The notes: generated by a model not told the origin, from the sequence alone. 39,401 nucleotides of DNA from Phycisphaerae bacterium (GCA_046538345.1 JBKHJB010000001.1:1-39401), one strand, 5' to 3'. Shown: positions 9,565-19,087, numbered from the stretch's first letter. Numbers and translations are program-made.

Positions 9565-9582
9565 TGAACCCAGAGATAGAAA

Positions 9583-12500
9583 ATGGCAAAGCGCAAGAAA
9601 CTAAATACACGTGTAGTTGTACTTCTGTCGGTTTTCGGCGTGCTGGTCCTGGCGCTGGGGGTTGCGGCCATCATCGGGCTGATGCCGCGCGATCCCGAGG
9701 CCTACTTTGATCGCGGCATGTCCGCCTTTGAGCAGGGCGACTATCAGAGTGGGTCGCGATTCCTCCAGGAGGCGATCGGTCAGGCGAAGAAGCAAGGCGC
9801 CGAGAAACCCAAGTATTATTACCAGCTTGCGCGCCTGCAGATGGAATGGGCGGAGAACGACGAGGACCTGACCCGGGCCCAGCAGGGGGAGTTGCTGGGT
9901 CGTAGCCGGGGGAACCTTGAAACGGCTCTGCGCGTCGATGAGTCCTATATGCCGGCTCACCGTATGCTGTACGACATGCGTTGGCAGCAAGCCAGGGCCA
10001 GTGGCGGAGCGGGCCGACACTGGGACCAATTCATCGAGCAGGTGAACCAGCTCATCGAACGCGAGCCGGACAACCACAAAGCGATATATCGGCGGGCGGT
10101 GGCCAAAAGCCGACAGACCGCCGTCAGAGGGGAATATTACGAGCAAGCGATCGAAGACTATCGCAAGGCGATCGAACTGAACGGTGAAGTTCCCCGGTAC
10201 TGGATGGATATGATCCGGCTTATGCTGGACAGGGGTCATCTCGTGGAGGCGGAGATGGCGTTTGACGAGGCCATCGAAGCCAACCCCGAAAGCTCTGAAA
10301 TTCGCAGCTTCTATTCAGAGTATCTCTCGCGACGCGGGCGCGAGGACGAAGCCATGGCGCAAATTCGCGAAGCCGTCGAGCGCAATCCCGACAGTGCCCA
10401 GCCGTTCCTGAGTCTGGCTTCACAGTATCGCAGAAGCGGTGACGTAGAGGCCGCGATGGACGCCCTCGAAAAGGCAAAGGAAGTCGAGCCGCAGTCATGG
10501 GACGCGAACATGGCCATGGCGCGACTGTACGACCAGAGGGGAGATGCAGAATCGGCGGTCGCTGAGATGCGCGAGGCGCTGGACAAGCTCGCCGCTGAGA
10601 TGGACCGCTTGAACGCGGAGGATTTGTCCATCGAAGAGCGCATGTCGGCGGAGCGCAGAATACGAAATAGCCGCCTCGAGCTGAACCGCGGGCTGGGCCT
10701 GCTGTTGGTTCGTTTGGCCCAGCGCTCGGACGACGAGCAGCAGTCGGATGAGTATCTCCGCCAGGCCGAGGAGCACCTTCAGATAATTCGTGAGATGCTC
10801 CCGGACAGCGCGTACGTTGCGGAGGTTGCCGGGCGTATCGCGGAGCAACGCGGTGATATCTCCGAAGCGATGAGTCAGCTTGAGAAGGCATACGAGCAAT
10901 ACGGTACGCGGAATCCGCGTCTGGCGATGGACCTGATGCAGCTTTACCGACGGCGTGATATGCCCGGAAAGGCCAAGGAGATAGTGGACAGACTCCTTAA
11001 GACTTCTCGGCTGAGCAACAACACCGGCCTGCTGCTGACCCAGGCACAACTGGAAATGCAGTTCCGGGAGTATGACAAGGCCGCCGATATCCTCCAAAGC
11101 GTACTACGTTCAGACCCGGAGAACGAGCAGGCGCGTAATCTCCTGTCACTGATTGAGACGATGCGGACCCCGGAGACGGCGACGCTTCCCGAAGGCACGG
11201 AGCCCAGTCGGGCTTTGGTCATGGCGATGCGTCAGCAGGCGTCGGCCGCCTGGGTTCGCGGAGACAAGCAGGAAGCGGTCAGGATTCTCGAGGACCTCCA
11301 CGAGCGGATTCCGGAAGACTGGGGGGTAAGCAGTCATTTGACGAGCGTTTACGTGGGTATGGACGAGACGGAAAAAGCCCGTCGGCTCCTGGAGGAGGCG
11401 AAGGAGTATCACCCTGATCGTCCCCAGGTTGACTATGCCTTGAAGATGCTCGAAGAGACCGATCCCGATAAACGGTTCGAGCTGGCGCTGGAATCCACGG
11501 CGGTCGAAGAAGACCCGGCCAGGCGGGAGTTGAGCAAGGCCGCCGTCTGCGCGGTGTTCGGCAAGAACGAGCAATACGCCGAGCATCTTATGAAGGCAAT
11601 GGAGCTGGATCCCGATTCTCCGGAAGTGGTGGGACGGGTTTTCCAGTACGCCCTGTCCCGGGAGGACTGGGAACTGGCAGAGCAGTGCGTAGCCGCGGCG
11701 GAGAAGGCCAACCTCGACGAGCTTGACGGCAAACTGTACCGAGCTCAGATGGCGGGTGTTCGAGGCCGTTACGAAGAGGTCATAGAGCTTCTGGAAGAAC
11801 CCCTCCAGGGGCGTCCCGATCTGAAGCGTGGCTGGGCCATGCTGGCGTCCGGCTATCTCCGTCAAGGGCGCCTCCAGGATGCCAGAGAGGCCTACCGGGA
11901 GATATGGAACATCGACCCCTCGTTCGCCCCGGCGGCAATAGGGATGGCCCGGGTGAGCGAGCAACTCGGCGACGAGGAAGAGCACCGCAGGTGGATCGAA
12001 CGGGCATACTCCCTGGCTCCGGACAATCCCTACGTCAGAAGTCGGTACCTGAACCTCCAGGAGGAATATGGCGATCCGCGGCAGGCCATCGCGCAGCGCG
12101 AGGAGATACTCCGGCGGGACCCGGAGGATATGAACAACATATACCGCCTGGCGGTTCTATACGAAAGGACCGGACAGATCGACAAAGCCGAGGAGATGCT
12201 TACCCGGAACGTCGAGCAGATGGACGAGGAGCTTGACCGTGCCGCGGTGATGGCGTCGTTCTTCGAGAGGACGCGACAACACTCTCGCACGGACGAGCTT
12301 ATGCGGGAGCTGCTCAACGAAGAGGACGATAAGGTTGGTGTATATCAGCTTTGGGGACGGCTTCTGGAGTCCCGTAACCCCTCCGGGGCCGAGCAGGTCT
12401 TCCAGCAGGCGATTCAGCACGATAGTGAGGATCCCCGCGGACACTGGTCTTTGGCGAACTTCTACGCCCAGAGAAATCGTCCGGAGCAGGCGTTGGAGCA

Positions 12501-14034
12501 TTTCCGCAAATGCGTCGAGCTGCAGCCGGAAAACGTGCGCTATCGTAAGGGGCTGATGGGCCAGCTCATCAACGCCGGGCACTACGACGAGGCGTCGGAT
12601 CTCCTGGCACAATACCGCCAGGACCACCCAGAAGACACCGAGGTGCTGGCGTACGAGGGTATCCTGGCATTGCGCCAGGGCGACGCGGACAAGGCCCGCG
12701 AATTGCTCGACGAAGCGGTGGATAAGAACCCGGGTAACCCCGAGCCGCTCAATTACCGCGCCCAGTTGAACATAGCCGAAGGTCGTCTGGAGAATGCGTC
12801 CGAGGATCTTGAACGTGTCAGGAATCTTTCCGACGGGCCTGAAATCGGTGTGCGCCTGGCCGACGTGCAGCTTCGCATGGGCGAGGAAAACTCCGCCGAA
12901 AGGACGCTTCGCGAGGTTCTGGAGAGATACCGCGGTTACTCCCCGGCCATAAACCGGCTGATTGCGATTTACCAGCAGGATCGACGCTGGAACACGCTTG
13001 AGGAATTTATTACGCAGCTCCGCCGGCGGTTTCCCGACGATCCGACATATCTGGTTCGGGAAGCGGAGATGTGGTCCGCTCGCGGCGCGCCCGACAGGGA
13101 AGTTGACGCGATGGAAAAAGCATATGAGCTGGCGCCTGATTCGACGCAGATAGTGGCGAGGTATGTGAACGCCCTTTTGAAGACCGAGCAATATCAACAG
13201 GTTCTGAAGGTCACCGAACAGCCGGTAGAAGACGGAGACCCACCGGCTTGGATACTGGCGGTGAGGGGCAGGGCCCAGGCCAAACTCGGAAACGCCGATG
13301 AGTCCGAGCGATCGTTCGCCCGGGCCATTGAGAAGGTCTCGTTGGAGCGCATGCGTACGGTCGGCTCGCAGATTCGCCTGGCCTATGATCGTAGTGAGGC
13401 GATTGAGAAGCTGCGGCAGTGGCGGGATCTGCGTCCTGACGACCCGCTGGTGTACATGCTGATATCCCAGCTCCATCAGGAAGGCAGGGAGCACGACCGC
13501 GCGGTCGATATGCTGCTCGAGGCCGAGCAACTCGCCGAGACCGAAGAGGAAATGGCGGAGATTAACAAGCTGCTCGGACCGTCCTACCAGGCACTGGGAG
13601 AAGCCGCTTCCGCTGAAAAGGCGTATCTGAAGTATCTGGAGTACCGGGGTGACGACCCCTATGTGCTTAACAACCTGGCCTATCTGTACGTGGACGTGCT
13701 GGAGGAGCCGGAGAAGGCCCTGCCTTACGCCGAGAAGGCGGCCCGGCAGCTTCCCGATAACGCAGCCGTGCTGGACACGTATGGCTGGGCGCTGTTCAAG
13801 ACCGGAAGGACCGACGAAGCCGAGCGTCAGCTCGTGCAGGCGGTACAGTTGGGGCAGTCGGCGGTGACCGTTCGATACCACCTCGGCGCCGTCTACGAGC
13901 AGAAGGGACGAAACCGCGACGCGCTTCGGCAGTATCGCCGAGCGTATGAGATGGTTCGAAACGACGAGAGCCACGAGCTTCATGCCGAGCTCAAGGAAGC
14001 CGTGGACCGAGTCGAAGATAAGCTCAGCGGATAG
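9583..14034 (+). CDS. Giant TPR-repeat protein (PrsT-like partner in exosortase EPS loci), N-terminal membrane anchor
   Basis: 1483 aa. N-terminal TM helix VVVLLSVFGVLVLALGVAAIIGL. TPR-like 34-aa periodicity throughout (A..Y..A...P....A...LA..Y...G). The C-terminus resembles TPR_lipo family members (VLDTYGWALFKTGRTDEA). Confidence 0.8.
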   Translation: MAKRKKLNTRVVVLLSVFGVLVLALGVAAIIGLMPRDPEAYFDRGMSAFEQGDYQSGSRFLQEAIGQAKKQGAEKPKYYYQLARLQMEWAENDEDLTRAQQGELLGRSRGNLETALRVDESYMPAHRMLYDMRWQQARASGGAGRHWDQFIEQVNQLIEREPDNHKAIYRRAVAKSRQTAVRGEYYEQAIEDYRKAIELNGEVPRYWMDMIRLMLDRGHLVEAEMAFDEAIEANPESSEIRSFYSEYLSRRGREDEAMAQIREAVERNPDSAQPFLSLASQYRRSGDVEAAMDALEKAKEVEPQSWDANMAMARLYDQRGDAESAVAEMREALDKLAAEMDRLNAEDLSIEERMSAERRIRNSRLELNRGLGLLLVRLAQRSDDEQQSDEYLRQAEEHLQIIREMLPDSAYVAEVAGRIAEQRGDISEAMSQLEKAYEQYGTRNPRLAMDLMQLYRRRDMPGKAKEIVDRLLKTSRLSNNTGLLLTQAQLEMQFREYDKAADILQSVLRSDPENEQARNLLSLIETMRTPETATLPEGTEPSRALVMAMRQQASAAWVRGDKQEAVRILEDLHERIPEDWGVSSHLTSVYVGMDETEKARRLLEEAKEYHPDRPQVDYALKMLEETDPDKRFELALESTAVEEDPARRELSKAAVCAVFGKNEQYAEHLMKAMELDPDSPEVVGRVFQYALSREDWELAEQCVAAAEKANLDELDGKLYRAQMAGVRGRYEEVIELLEEPLQGRPDLKRGWAMLASGYLRQGRLQDAREAYREIWNIDPSFAPAAIGMARVSEQLGDEEEHRRWIERAYSLAPDNPYVRSRYLNLQEEYGDPRQAIAQREEILRRDPEDMNNIYRLAVLYERTGQIDKAEEMLTRNVEQMDEELDRAAVMASFFERTRQHSRTDELMRELLNEEDDKVGVYQLWGRLLESRNPSGAEQVFQQAIQHDSEDPRGHWSLANFYAQRNRPEQALEHFRKCVELQPENVRYRKGLMGQLINAGHYDEASDLLAQYRQDHPEDTEVLAYEGILALRQGDADKARELLDEAVDKNPGNPEPLNYRAQLNIAEGRLENASEDLERVRNLSDGPEIGVRLADVQLRMGEENSAERTLREVLERYRGYSPAINRLIAIYQQDRRWNTLEEFITQLRRRFPDDPTYLVREAEMWSARGAPDREVDAMEKAYELAPDSTQIVARYVNALLKTEQYQQVLKVTEQPVEDGDPPAWILAVRGRAQAKLGNADESERSFARAIEKVSLERMRTVGSQIRLAYDRSEAIEKLRQWRDLRPDDPLVYMLISQLHQEGREHDRAVDMLLEAEQLAETEEEMAEINKLLGPSYQALGEAASAEKAYLKYLEYRGDDPYVLNNLAYLYVDVLEEPEKALPYAEKAARQLPDNAAVLDTYGWALFKTGRTDEAERQLVQAVQLGQSAVTVRYHLGAVYEQKGRNRDALRQYRRAYEMVRNDESHELHAELKEAVDRVEDKLSG

Positions 14035-14045
14035 GAGCTGAACAG

Positions 14046-16244
14046 ATGAGCCGTATCCCAACAAGAGATCAGGTTCCGCAGATATCGCGGGGACCGTCGC
14101 CTTCAGGCCCGCGCCCGCAACAGCCGGGTGCCGGTTCCGGTGGCGGATTCACCGGTCGCGACGCTCTGCGCGTGGTGCGGCAGCGGTGGTTGCTGATTCT
14201 GCTTTCGCTGCTGATTTGCTCCGGATTGGCGGCCGGGGGCACGGCTACGTGGCTGGCTTTCGCGCCGATGTACACAGCCACTGCCTATATAGAGGTCCTT
14301 CCGCCCAAGGGCAGTGAATTGACGGACAACCAGCGGCTATATAACGAGCAGATTATGGACCGTCTGGTGCAGGACGCCGCTGCGATCGTCAAGACCGAGC
14401 CGGTTCTGGAGGACGCTCTGGACGACCCTGAGGTCAGTCAGACCAGATGGTACCGCCAACGGAGCCCCGGCGACGTATTGGAAGACCTTTCCAAAGAAAT
14501 CGGGGTCGGGGCGGTTCCGAACACCAACTACATACGCGTATCGATGCGCGGGTTCAACAAAGCCGACCTGCCGGGCATTGTCAACGCCGTGAGCGAGGCG
14601 TTTGAGCGAGACACGCTTGAGCAGGTCGCTGGGACGCGACAGAAACAGATAGAACGCATGGGCCAGGAACGGGAGAACCTGGATTCCCAGCTTGAGAACG
14701 TTAACAGTCGCATCGAGAATACAATCAGCAACGCCCAGGTTTCCAACATCGGCGATCGCCGCAACACCCTTGCCGTCCGGATGGAAACCTACATCTCGCA
14801 GATGATCCAATTGGAGACGGAATTGGCTCAGGCCGAGGACTCCCTGGAAGCCATCCGCGAACAGGTCCAGCGGGACGAGCTGGCCAGCAACCCCCAGGTG
14901 GCTTACGCCATCCGGAACGACCCCAGCGTCCGCGCCATGCGCAACGCGCGTGTAAACATGTCCACGGAACTCCAGAACATGCTGCGGACCTACGGTCCGG
15001 ACCATCCGCGGGTCGCCGAGATGCGCTCCGCTCTGGAGGGCATGGAAGAACAGATACAACAGTTGGAGAACGAAATCGCGCGCGAGGAGGGCGAGGCGCT
15101 GGTGAACATGACCATGTCCGAGGTCAGCCAGTTGCGCGCCCAGTTGCTCAAGGTCCAGTCCAACTACAACGAAGCCGAGCGCAACATGCGCGACGTGCAG
15201 ACTCGCCTGACAGAGCTGGAGGAACTCCGCAACCGGCGTGATAACATTGAGCACAATATCGAGCGGCTTGACCAGGCGTTGGTGGAGTTGCGTTTGCTGG
15301 CATCAGGTGACTACCGGGTGCGCGTGCGGCGCCGGGCCACCGAGCCGCGCCGGCCCTCCATGCCTCAATGGCATATCATGATGCCGGTCGGAGTTCTGCT
15401 CGGACTGATTATCGGGTTCGGCGGGGCGTTTCTCCTGGAGTTCATCGACACTTCGGTCAAAAGCCCCACGGATATATCCCGCAGGGTGGAACTGCCAGTG
15501 CTCGGTATGGTCCCGCATATCGAGGACACCGAGGAAGAGTTGGAGGACATGCGTCTGGCGTTTCGTACGCATCCCAACTCGTTGGTTGACGAGGCATTCA
15601 GGCAGATACGCACGTGTCTGCTGTTCAGCGGACCGGCCAGTCAGCGACGCAGCTTGCTGGTGACCAGTCCGTTGCCCGGCGACGGACGGACCAGCGTGGC
15701 GCTGAATCTGGCCGCCTCCGTCGCCCGCGGTGGACGCCGCGTGCTGGTGGTGGACGCCAACTTCCGCCAGCCCGCCATCGGACAGTTATTCCCCGACGCT
15801 CCGGAGGAAGGGCTTAGCAGCGCTGTGGTGGGGCGGGCAAATTGGACCGATTGCGTCTATGAAGTGGAGGAAAACTTCCACGTAATGCCGGCCGGGCATA
15901 TGCCGCCCAACCCGGCCGAATTGCTCGGCTCCGACGAGATGCGCCAACTGCTCAGCGAAATGGAGAACCAGTACGACCAGGTCCTGCTGGACAGCGCCCC
16001 GTGCCTGGTGGTGACCGACCCTTGTGTGCTGGCGTCGCTGACCGACGGCGTGGTGCTGGTGGTCCGGGCGGGCAGCAACACCTACGGAATCGTGCAGCGT
16101 ACGCGTGACATGCTCTCGCGAGTGGGTGCCCGCACGCTGGGTGTCGCGCTTAACGGCGTCCGCGCGACCGCCGGCGGATACTTCCGAAGGAACTACGAGA
16201 CCTTCTACGAGTATCACCAGCCGCAGCAACTGCCGAAGTCATAG
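14046..16244 (+). CDS. Polysaccharide co-polymerase / BY-kinase (Wzc/GumC-like) with an atypical P-loop
   Basis: AGGAG SD 8 nt upstream. Wzz-like N-terminus with a TM helix, a long coiled coil and a second TM helix. CpsD/CapB-like ATPase domain: SPLPGDGRTSVALNLA (Walker A with R in place of K), VLVVDANFRQP (A'), VLLDSAP (B). Tyr-rich tail GGYFRRNYETFYEYH. Confidence 0.85.
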   Translation: MSRIPTRDQVPQISRGPSPSGPRPQQPGAGSGGGFTGRDALRVVRQRWLLILLSLLICSGLAAGGTATWLAFAPMYTATAYIEVLPPKGSELTDNQRLYNEQIMDRLVQDAAAIVKTEPVLEDALDDPEVSQTRWYRQRSPGDVLEDLSKEIGVGAVPNTNYIRVSMRGFNKADLPGIVNAVSEAFERDTLEQVAGTRQKQIERMGQERENLDSQLENVNSRIENTISNAQVSNIGDRRNTLAVRMETYISQMIQLETELAQAEDSLEAIREQVQRDELASNPQVAYAIRNDPSVRAMRNARVNMSTELQNMLRTYGPDHPRVAEMRSALEGMEEQIQQLENEIAREEGEALVNMTMSEVSQLRAQLLKVQSNYNEAERNMRDVQTRLTELEELRNRRDNIEHNIERLDQALVELRLLASGDYRVRVRRRATEPRRPSMPQWHIMMPVGVLLGLIIGFGGAFLLEFIDTSVKSPTDISRRVELPVLGMVPHIEDTEEELEDMRLAFRTHPNSLVDEAFRQIRTCLLFSGPASQRRSLLVTSPLPGDGRTSVALNLAASVARGGRRVLVVDANFRQPAIGQLFPDAPEEGLSSAVVGRANWTDCVYEVEENFHVMPAGHMPPNPAELLGSDEMRQLLSEMENQYDQVLLDSAPCLVVTDPCVLASLTDGVVLVVRAGSNTYGIVQRTRDMLSRVGARTLGVALNGVRATAGGYFRRNYETFYEYHQPQQLPKS

Positions 16245-16344
16245 CAGCCCCGGTGTGCTGTGTTCGAGGCCGTTGGCGGTGCGGTTGCCGCAAGAGAAGG
16301 GCCTGGCCCGCAAGACGGTGGCGCCGGCGGGCGGCGCAAGGGCT

Positions 16345-16372
16345 TTGCACTTGCCTGTCCGCGCGATACACT
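16345..16372 (+). promoter_or_regulatory. Candidate sigma70-type promoter for tRNA-Thr
   Basis: TTGCAC (16345-16350), a 16-nt spacer, then TACACT (16367-16372), about 12 nt upstream of the tRNA 5' end. Motif match only. Confidence 0.3.
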
Positions 16373-16384
16373 GGATTCCGTCCT

Positions 16385-16456
16385 GCCGGCGTAGCTCAAT
16401 GGTAGAGCACCGCTCTTGTAAAGCGGAGGTTGCGGGTTCGAGTCCCTCCGCCGGCT
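16385..16456 (+). tRNA. tRNA-Thr: tRNA-Thr (anticodon UGU)
   Basis: Manual cloverleaf: acceptor GCCGGCG/CGCCGGC, D arm GCTC-AATGGTA-GAGC, anticodon arm CCGCT-CTTGTAA-AGCGG (anticodon TGT), variable AGGTT, T arm GCGGG-TTCGAGT-CCCTC (one C.U mismatch), discriminator T. No encoded CCA. Confidence 0.9.
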
Positions 16457-16580
16457 TTCCGGCGCCCGGGCGCGCCGCATCAGTGCTCGTCGGTTCGCCG
16501 GTGCAAAGCTCCCCAGGATGTCGGACCGCCCGGGTCGCACCACTTTCTCCGCTCGCGTAAGGCAGGATCGGAACCGAAAC

Positions 16581-17582
16581 ATGTCCCGTATATCCATAGC
16601 ATTGGCCGTGTGGTCGCTTATCACCCCTCTCGGCTGCGCCGAGACGCCGGAAGCCGGCGCCCGGCAGCCGTCGGCCGACGGCCGTACCTTGCAGGATGCC
16701 GAAGAAACAGCCGATAGCGGCAAGCAGGACGACCTGACCTGGCGCATCTACGACACCATGCACGACCGCCCGGGCAGTCAGGCGTCGCTGGGCAGACATG
16801 GCATCGTACCCGCCCATGTTTTTATGAAGAACAGCTTCTACGAGCCAGGCGAGGATAAGGGCGAGCCGCCGACCGAGAAGCGGGTCAAGAAGTTCGCCCG
16901 GAAGATTCCCCACGAAGTCCTGACATGCATGGACCTGGAGGGCGAGGACTGGACGCGCTTGACGTATTGGGACTCCGACGCCGGCGACTGGGCTTTCAAC
17001 GAAGACGCCTACGAGACGATGCTCAATATCGCCCGGTGGATAAACGAAGCCAACTCTGATTTGACGTGGGGATTCTTCTGGCGACCACCCGTTAGTGGAC
17101 TCTGGAAGTCGGCCCACAAAAACCATCTTGAAGGCAACACCGAGCGGGCCGAGGAAATAATGTCGCGGTGGCGGGAATACGAAGAACGCATCGAGCCGCT
17201 GTACCACGAGGTGGACGTAGTAATCGTTTCTCTTTACTACACCGACAGGCGGTACAGAACCTTTGCGGAGTTTCAGCAGGCGGCCGCGTTCTTCTTCGAG
17301 CACTGGGAAAATCCCACCGATAAGCCGGTCTATGTCTTCATGTGCCCGCTGGACCCCTACACGAACACCTCACGCGGGGGAAAGTTTCTTTCACGGCAGC
17401 ACTGGCGGTGGTGTATGGATTTCGCTTACGAGCACACCGACGGGCTGCTGCTGTGGTCGGACGTGCCCTTCGACTGGGACACGCACGCGAAAGGTCGGCC
17501 GTGGTGGGGGGAAACCCAGCGGTTCCTTCGAGAAATCAACCGCACCGAACGTCTCCGGGAGGACGACTCCGCCGCCCGCTGA
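16581..17582 (+). CDS. Hypothetical secreted lipoprotein, possibly a glycosidase-like TIM barrel
   Basis: The ATG at 16581 gives MSRISIALAVWSLITPLGCAE (lipobox LGC). It has a D-x-E motif (CMDLEGEDW) and LLWSD, reminiscent of substrate-assisted glycosidases. The functional call is weak. Confidence 0.45.
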   Translation: MSRISIALAVWSLITPLGCAETPEAGARQPSADGRTLQDAEETADSGKQDDLTWRIYDTMHDRPGSQASLGRHGIVPAHVFMKNSFYEPGEDKGEPPTEKRVKKFARKIPHEVLTCMDLEGEDWTRLTYWDSDAGDWAFNEDAYETMLNIARWINEANSDLTWGFFWRPPVSGLWKSAHKNHLEGNTERAEEIMSRWREYEERIEPLYHEVDVVIVSLYYTDRRYRTFAEFQQAAAFFFEHWENPTDKPVYVFMCPLDPYTNTSRGGKFLSRQHWRWCMDFAYEHTDGLLLWSDVPFDWDTHAKGRPWWGETQRFLREINRTERLREDDSAAR

Positions 17583-17723
17583 TAACCTCCTTTTGCAGCG
17601 GGAGAAAGAGACCATTGCCTCCGCGCCGGACGGTTTCCCGGCATCATGGGCCCGATCGCTAAAATGCTTCCGGTTCGACGGGCGTTTGTTGTATCCTATG
17701 GCCACTGTTCTTATGCCCCCGGA

Positions 17724-19022
17724 ATGAGGATCATGGCTACGCGAACGACACGAAACGAACTTGATGGCAGGACTCTCTGGATACCCCCCATGACCTATGT
17801 GGGGGCGCGCCTGGCGGCGGCCGTGTTCCGCGGAATCGGCATCGACGCGCGGATTACTCCACCCTCCGACGAGCGCACGCTGGAGCTGGGTGGGCTTTAC
17901 AGCTCGGGCGAGGAATGCTACCCGCAGAAGGTCACCATCGGCGACTTCCTCCGCGTTATCCACTCCGAGGATTTCGACCCCGACAAGACGGCCTTCTTTA
18001 TGCCAATAGCCGAAGGCCCGTGCCGCTTCGGGCAGTATGCACCGTACTTCAAGCAGGTCCTCGGCGAGCTGGGACACGAGGATATCCCCGTCATCTCGCC
18101 TTCGAGCAAGAACAGCTACGACGAGATGGGCGAGCACGGCAGTGAGATGATCCGCACGCTGTGGCGCGGGCTGGTGGCGTCGGACATACTGCGCAAGATG
18201 CTGCTCAAGACCCGACCCTACGAGACCGAAAAGGGCGCCGCCGACAACGCCTTTGAGCGGAGCATAGAACTCATCGAGGAAGTTCTCGAGTCGCAGGGTC
18301 TTTCCAGTGGCGAGTTGATTGACCGGCTCGTGGATGCACTAATCCGCTCGCGTGAATTGTTCCGGGCGGTCCCGGCGCGATACACCAAGGACCGGCCGCT
18401 CATCGGCGTTGTGGGGGAGATATTCTGCCGGCTGAACACCTTCAGCAACTACGACGCCGTCCGCAAGATCGAAGCCCACGGCGGCGAGGCCTGGATGAGC
18501 GACGTTACCGAGTGGGTGTGGTACACAAACTGGTCCCAGCAGCACCTGCTGAAACGCGACGGGCGAACCATCTCACTGGAGATGCTCGGCGCCAAGATCA
18601 AAAACGCCGTCCAGCGCCGCGACGAGCATAAGCTGCTGGAACCGTTCGCCGAGGAGTTCGTCGGTTATGAGGAGCCGCACGACGTTTACGAGGATGTGCT
18701 CAAGCCCTCCTGGCCGTATCTGCCCGCCGACGGTGCGCTGGGCGAGATGGTCCTTTCGGTCGGAAAGAGCATCTATCTCTATGAGAAGGGCGTCGATGGG
18801 ATTATCGACATCAGCCCGTTCTCCTGCATGAACGGTATCGTCTCTGAGGCGGTGTACCACAGGGTCAGCGAGGACCACGATTCGCTGCCTATGCGCAATT
18901 TCTACTTCGATTCCACCACCAGCAACATGGAGCGCGACCTGGACATCTTCATGGAGTTGGCGCAGAGCTATCGCAAGCGAAAGCGCAAGCCACGGCGGTA
19001 TCCGGCTTACTTCGAAGACTAG
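17724..19022 (+). CDS. 2-hydroxyacyl-CoA dehydratase-related / CoA-enzyme-activase-associated protein (DUF2229/HGD-D-like)
   Basis: Motifs SSGEECYPQKVTIGDF, PCRFGQY, PLIGVVGEIFCRLNTFSN and IIDISPFSCMNG. These resemble the CYPAK.. / GEI(Y/F).R / F.C motifs of acyl-CoA dehydratase activase-related proteins, recalled from memory. The start is uncertain (17646, 17724 or 17733). Confidence 0.6.
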   Translation: MRIMATRTTRNELDGRTLWIPPMTYVGARLAAAVFRGIGIDARITPPSDERTLELGGLYSSGEECYPQKVTIGDFLRVIHSEDFDPDKTAFFMPIAEGPCRFGQYAPYFKQVLGELGHEDIPVISPSSKNSYDEMGEHGSEMIRTLWRGLVASDILRKMLLKTRPYETEKGAADNAFERSIELIEEVLESQGLSSGELIDRLVDALIRSRELFRAVPARYTKDRPLIGVVGEIFCRLNTFSNYDAVRKIEAHGGEAWMSDVTEWVWYTNWSQQHLLKRDGRTISLEMLGAKIKNAVQRRDEHKLLEPFAEEFVGYEEPHDVYEDVLKPSWPYLPADGALGEMVLSVGKSIYLYEKGVDGIIDISPFSCMNGIVSEAVYHRVSEDHDSLPMRNFYFDSTTSNMERDLDIFMELAQSYRKRKRKPRRYPAYFED

Positions 19023-19036
19023 AATGAGGATGATAG

Positions 19037-19052
19037 CGGGCGACTGCGCCCG
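19037..19052 (+). other. Short GC hairpin between the dehydratase-like and radical SAM genes
   Basis: CGGGCG-ACTG-CGCCCG (6-bp stem, 4-nt loop), followed by AGAGTTGTTTCC. It could be a weak attenuator or an mRNA-stability element. There is no clean U-tract. Confidence 0.2.
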
Positions 19053-19087
19053 AGAGTTGTTTCCGTGCGAAGGGACGGCGACCGCAA

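Noticed and set aside
12157-14064. 635-aa ORF antisense to the TPR gene. Similar long antisense or off-frame ORFs occur at 305-1492(-), 7991-8770(-), 8185-9120(-), 19100-20866(-), 21766-23136(-), 23760-25076(+), 24820-26082(+), 28047-28904(+), 29187-30308(+), 30707-31621(+) and 35661-36743(+).
   Set aside because: These are typical shadow ORFs of GC-rich DNA. Their translations are Arg/Gly/Leu/Pro-rich with no motifs. Each lies entirely within a motif-supported gene in a different reading frame, mostly on the opposite strand.
16385-16456. C.U mismatch in the T-stem of tRNA-Thr, considered as evidence for a pseudo-tRNA.
   Set aside because: All other arms, the T-loop (TTCGAGT), the anticodon loop and the acceptor stem are canonical. 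A single internal mismatch is tolerated in functional tRNAs.
16462-16473. Perfect 12-nt palindrome GCGCCCGGGCGC just after the tRNA, considered as a terminator.
   Set aside because: It has no loop nucleotides and no downstream T-tract. Such short GC palindromes are expected by chance in GC-rich DNA.
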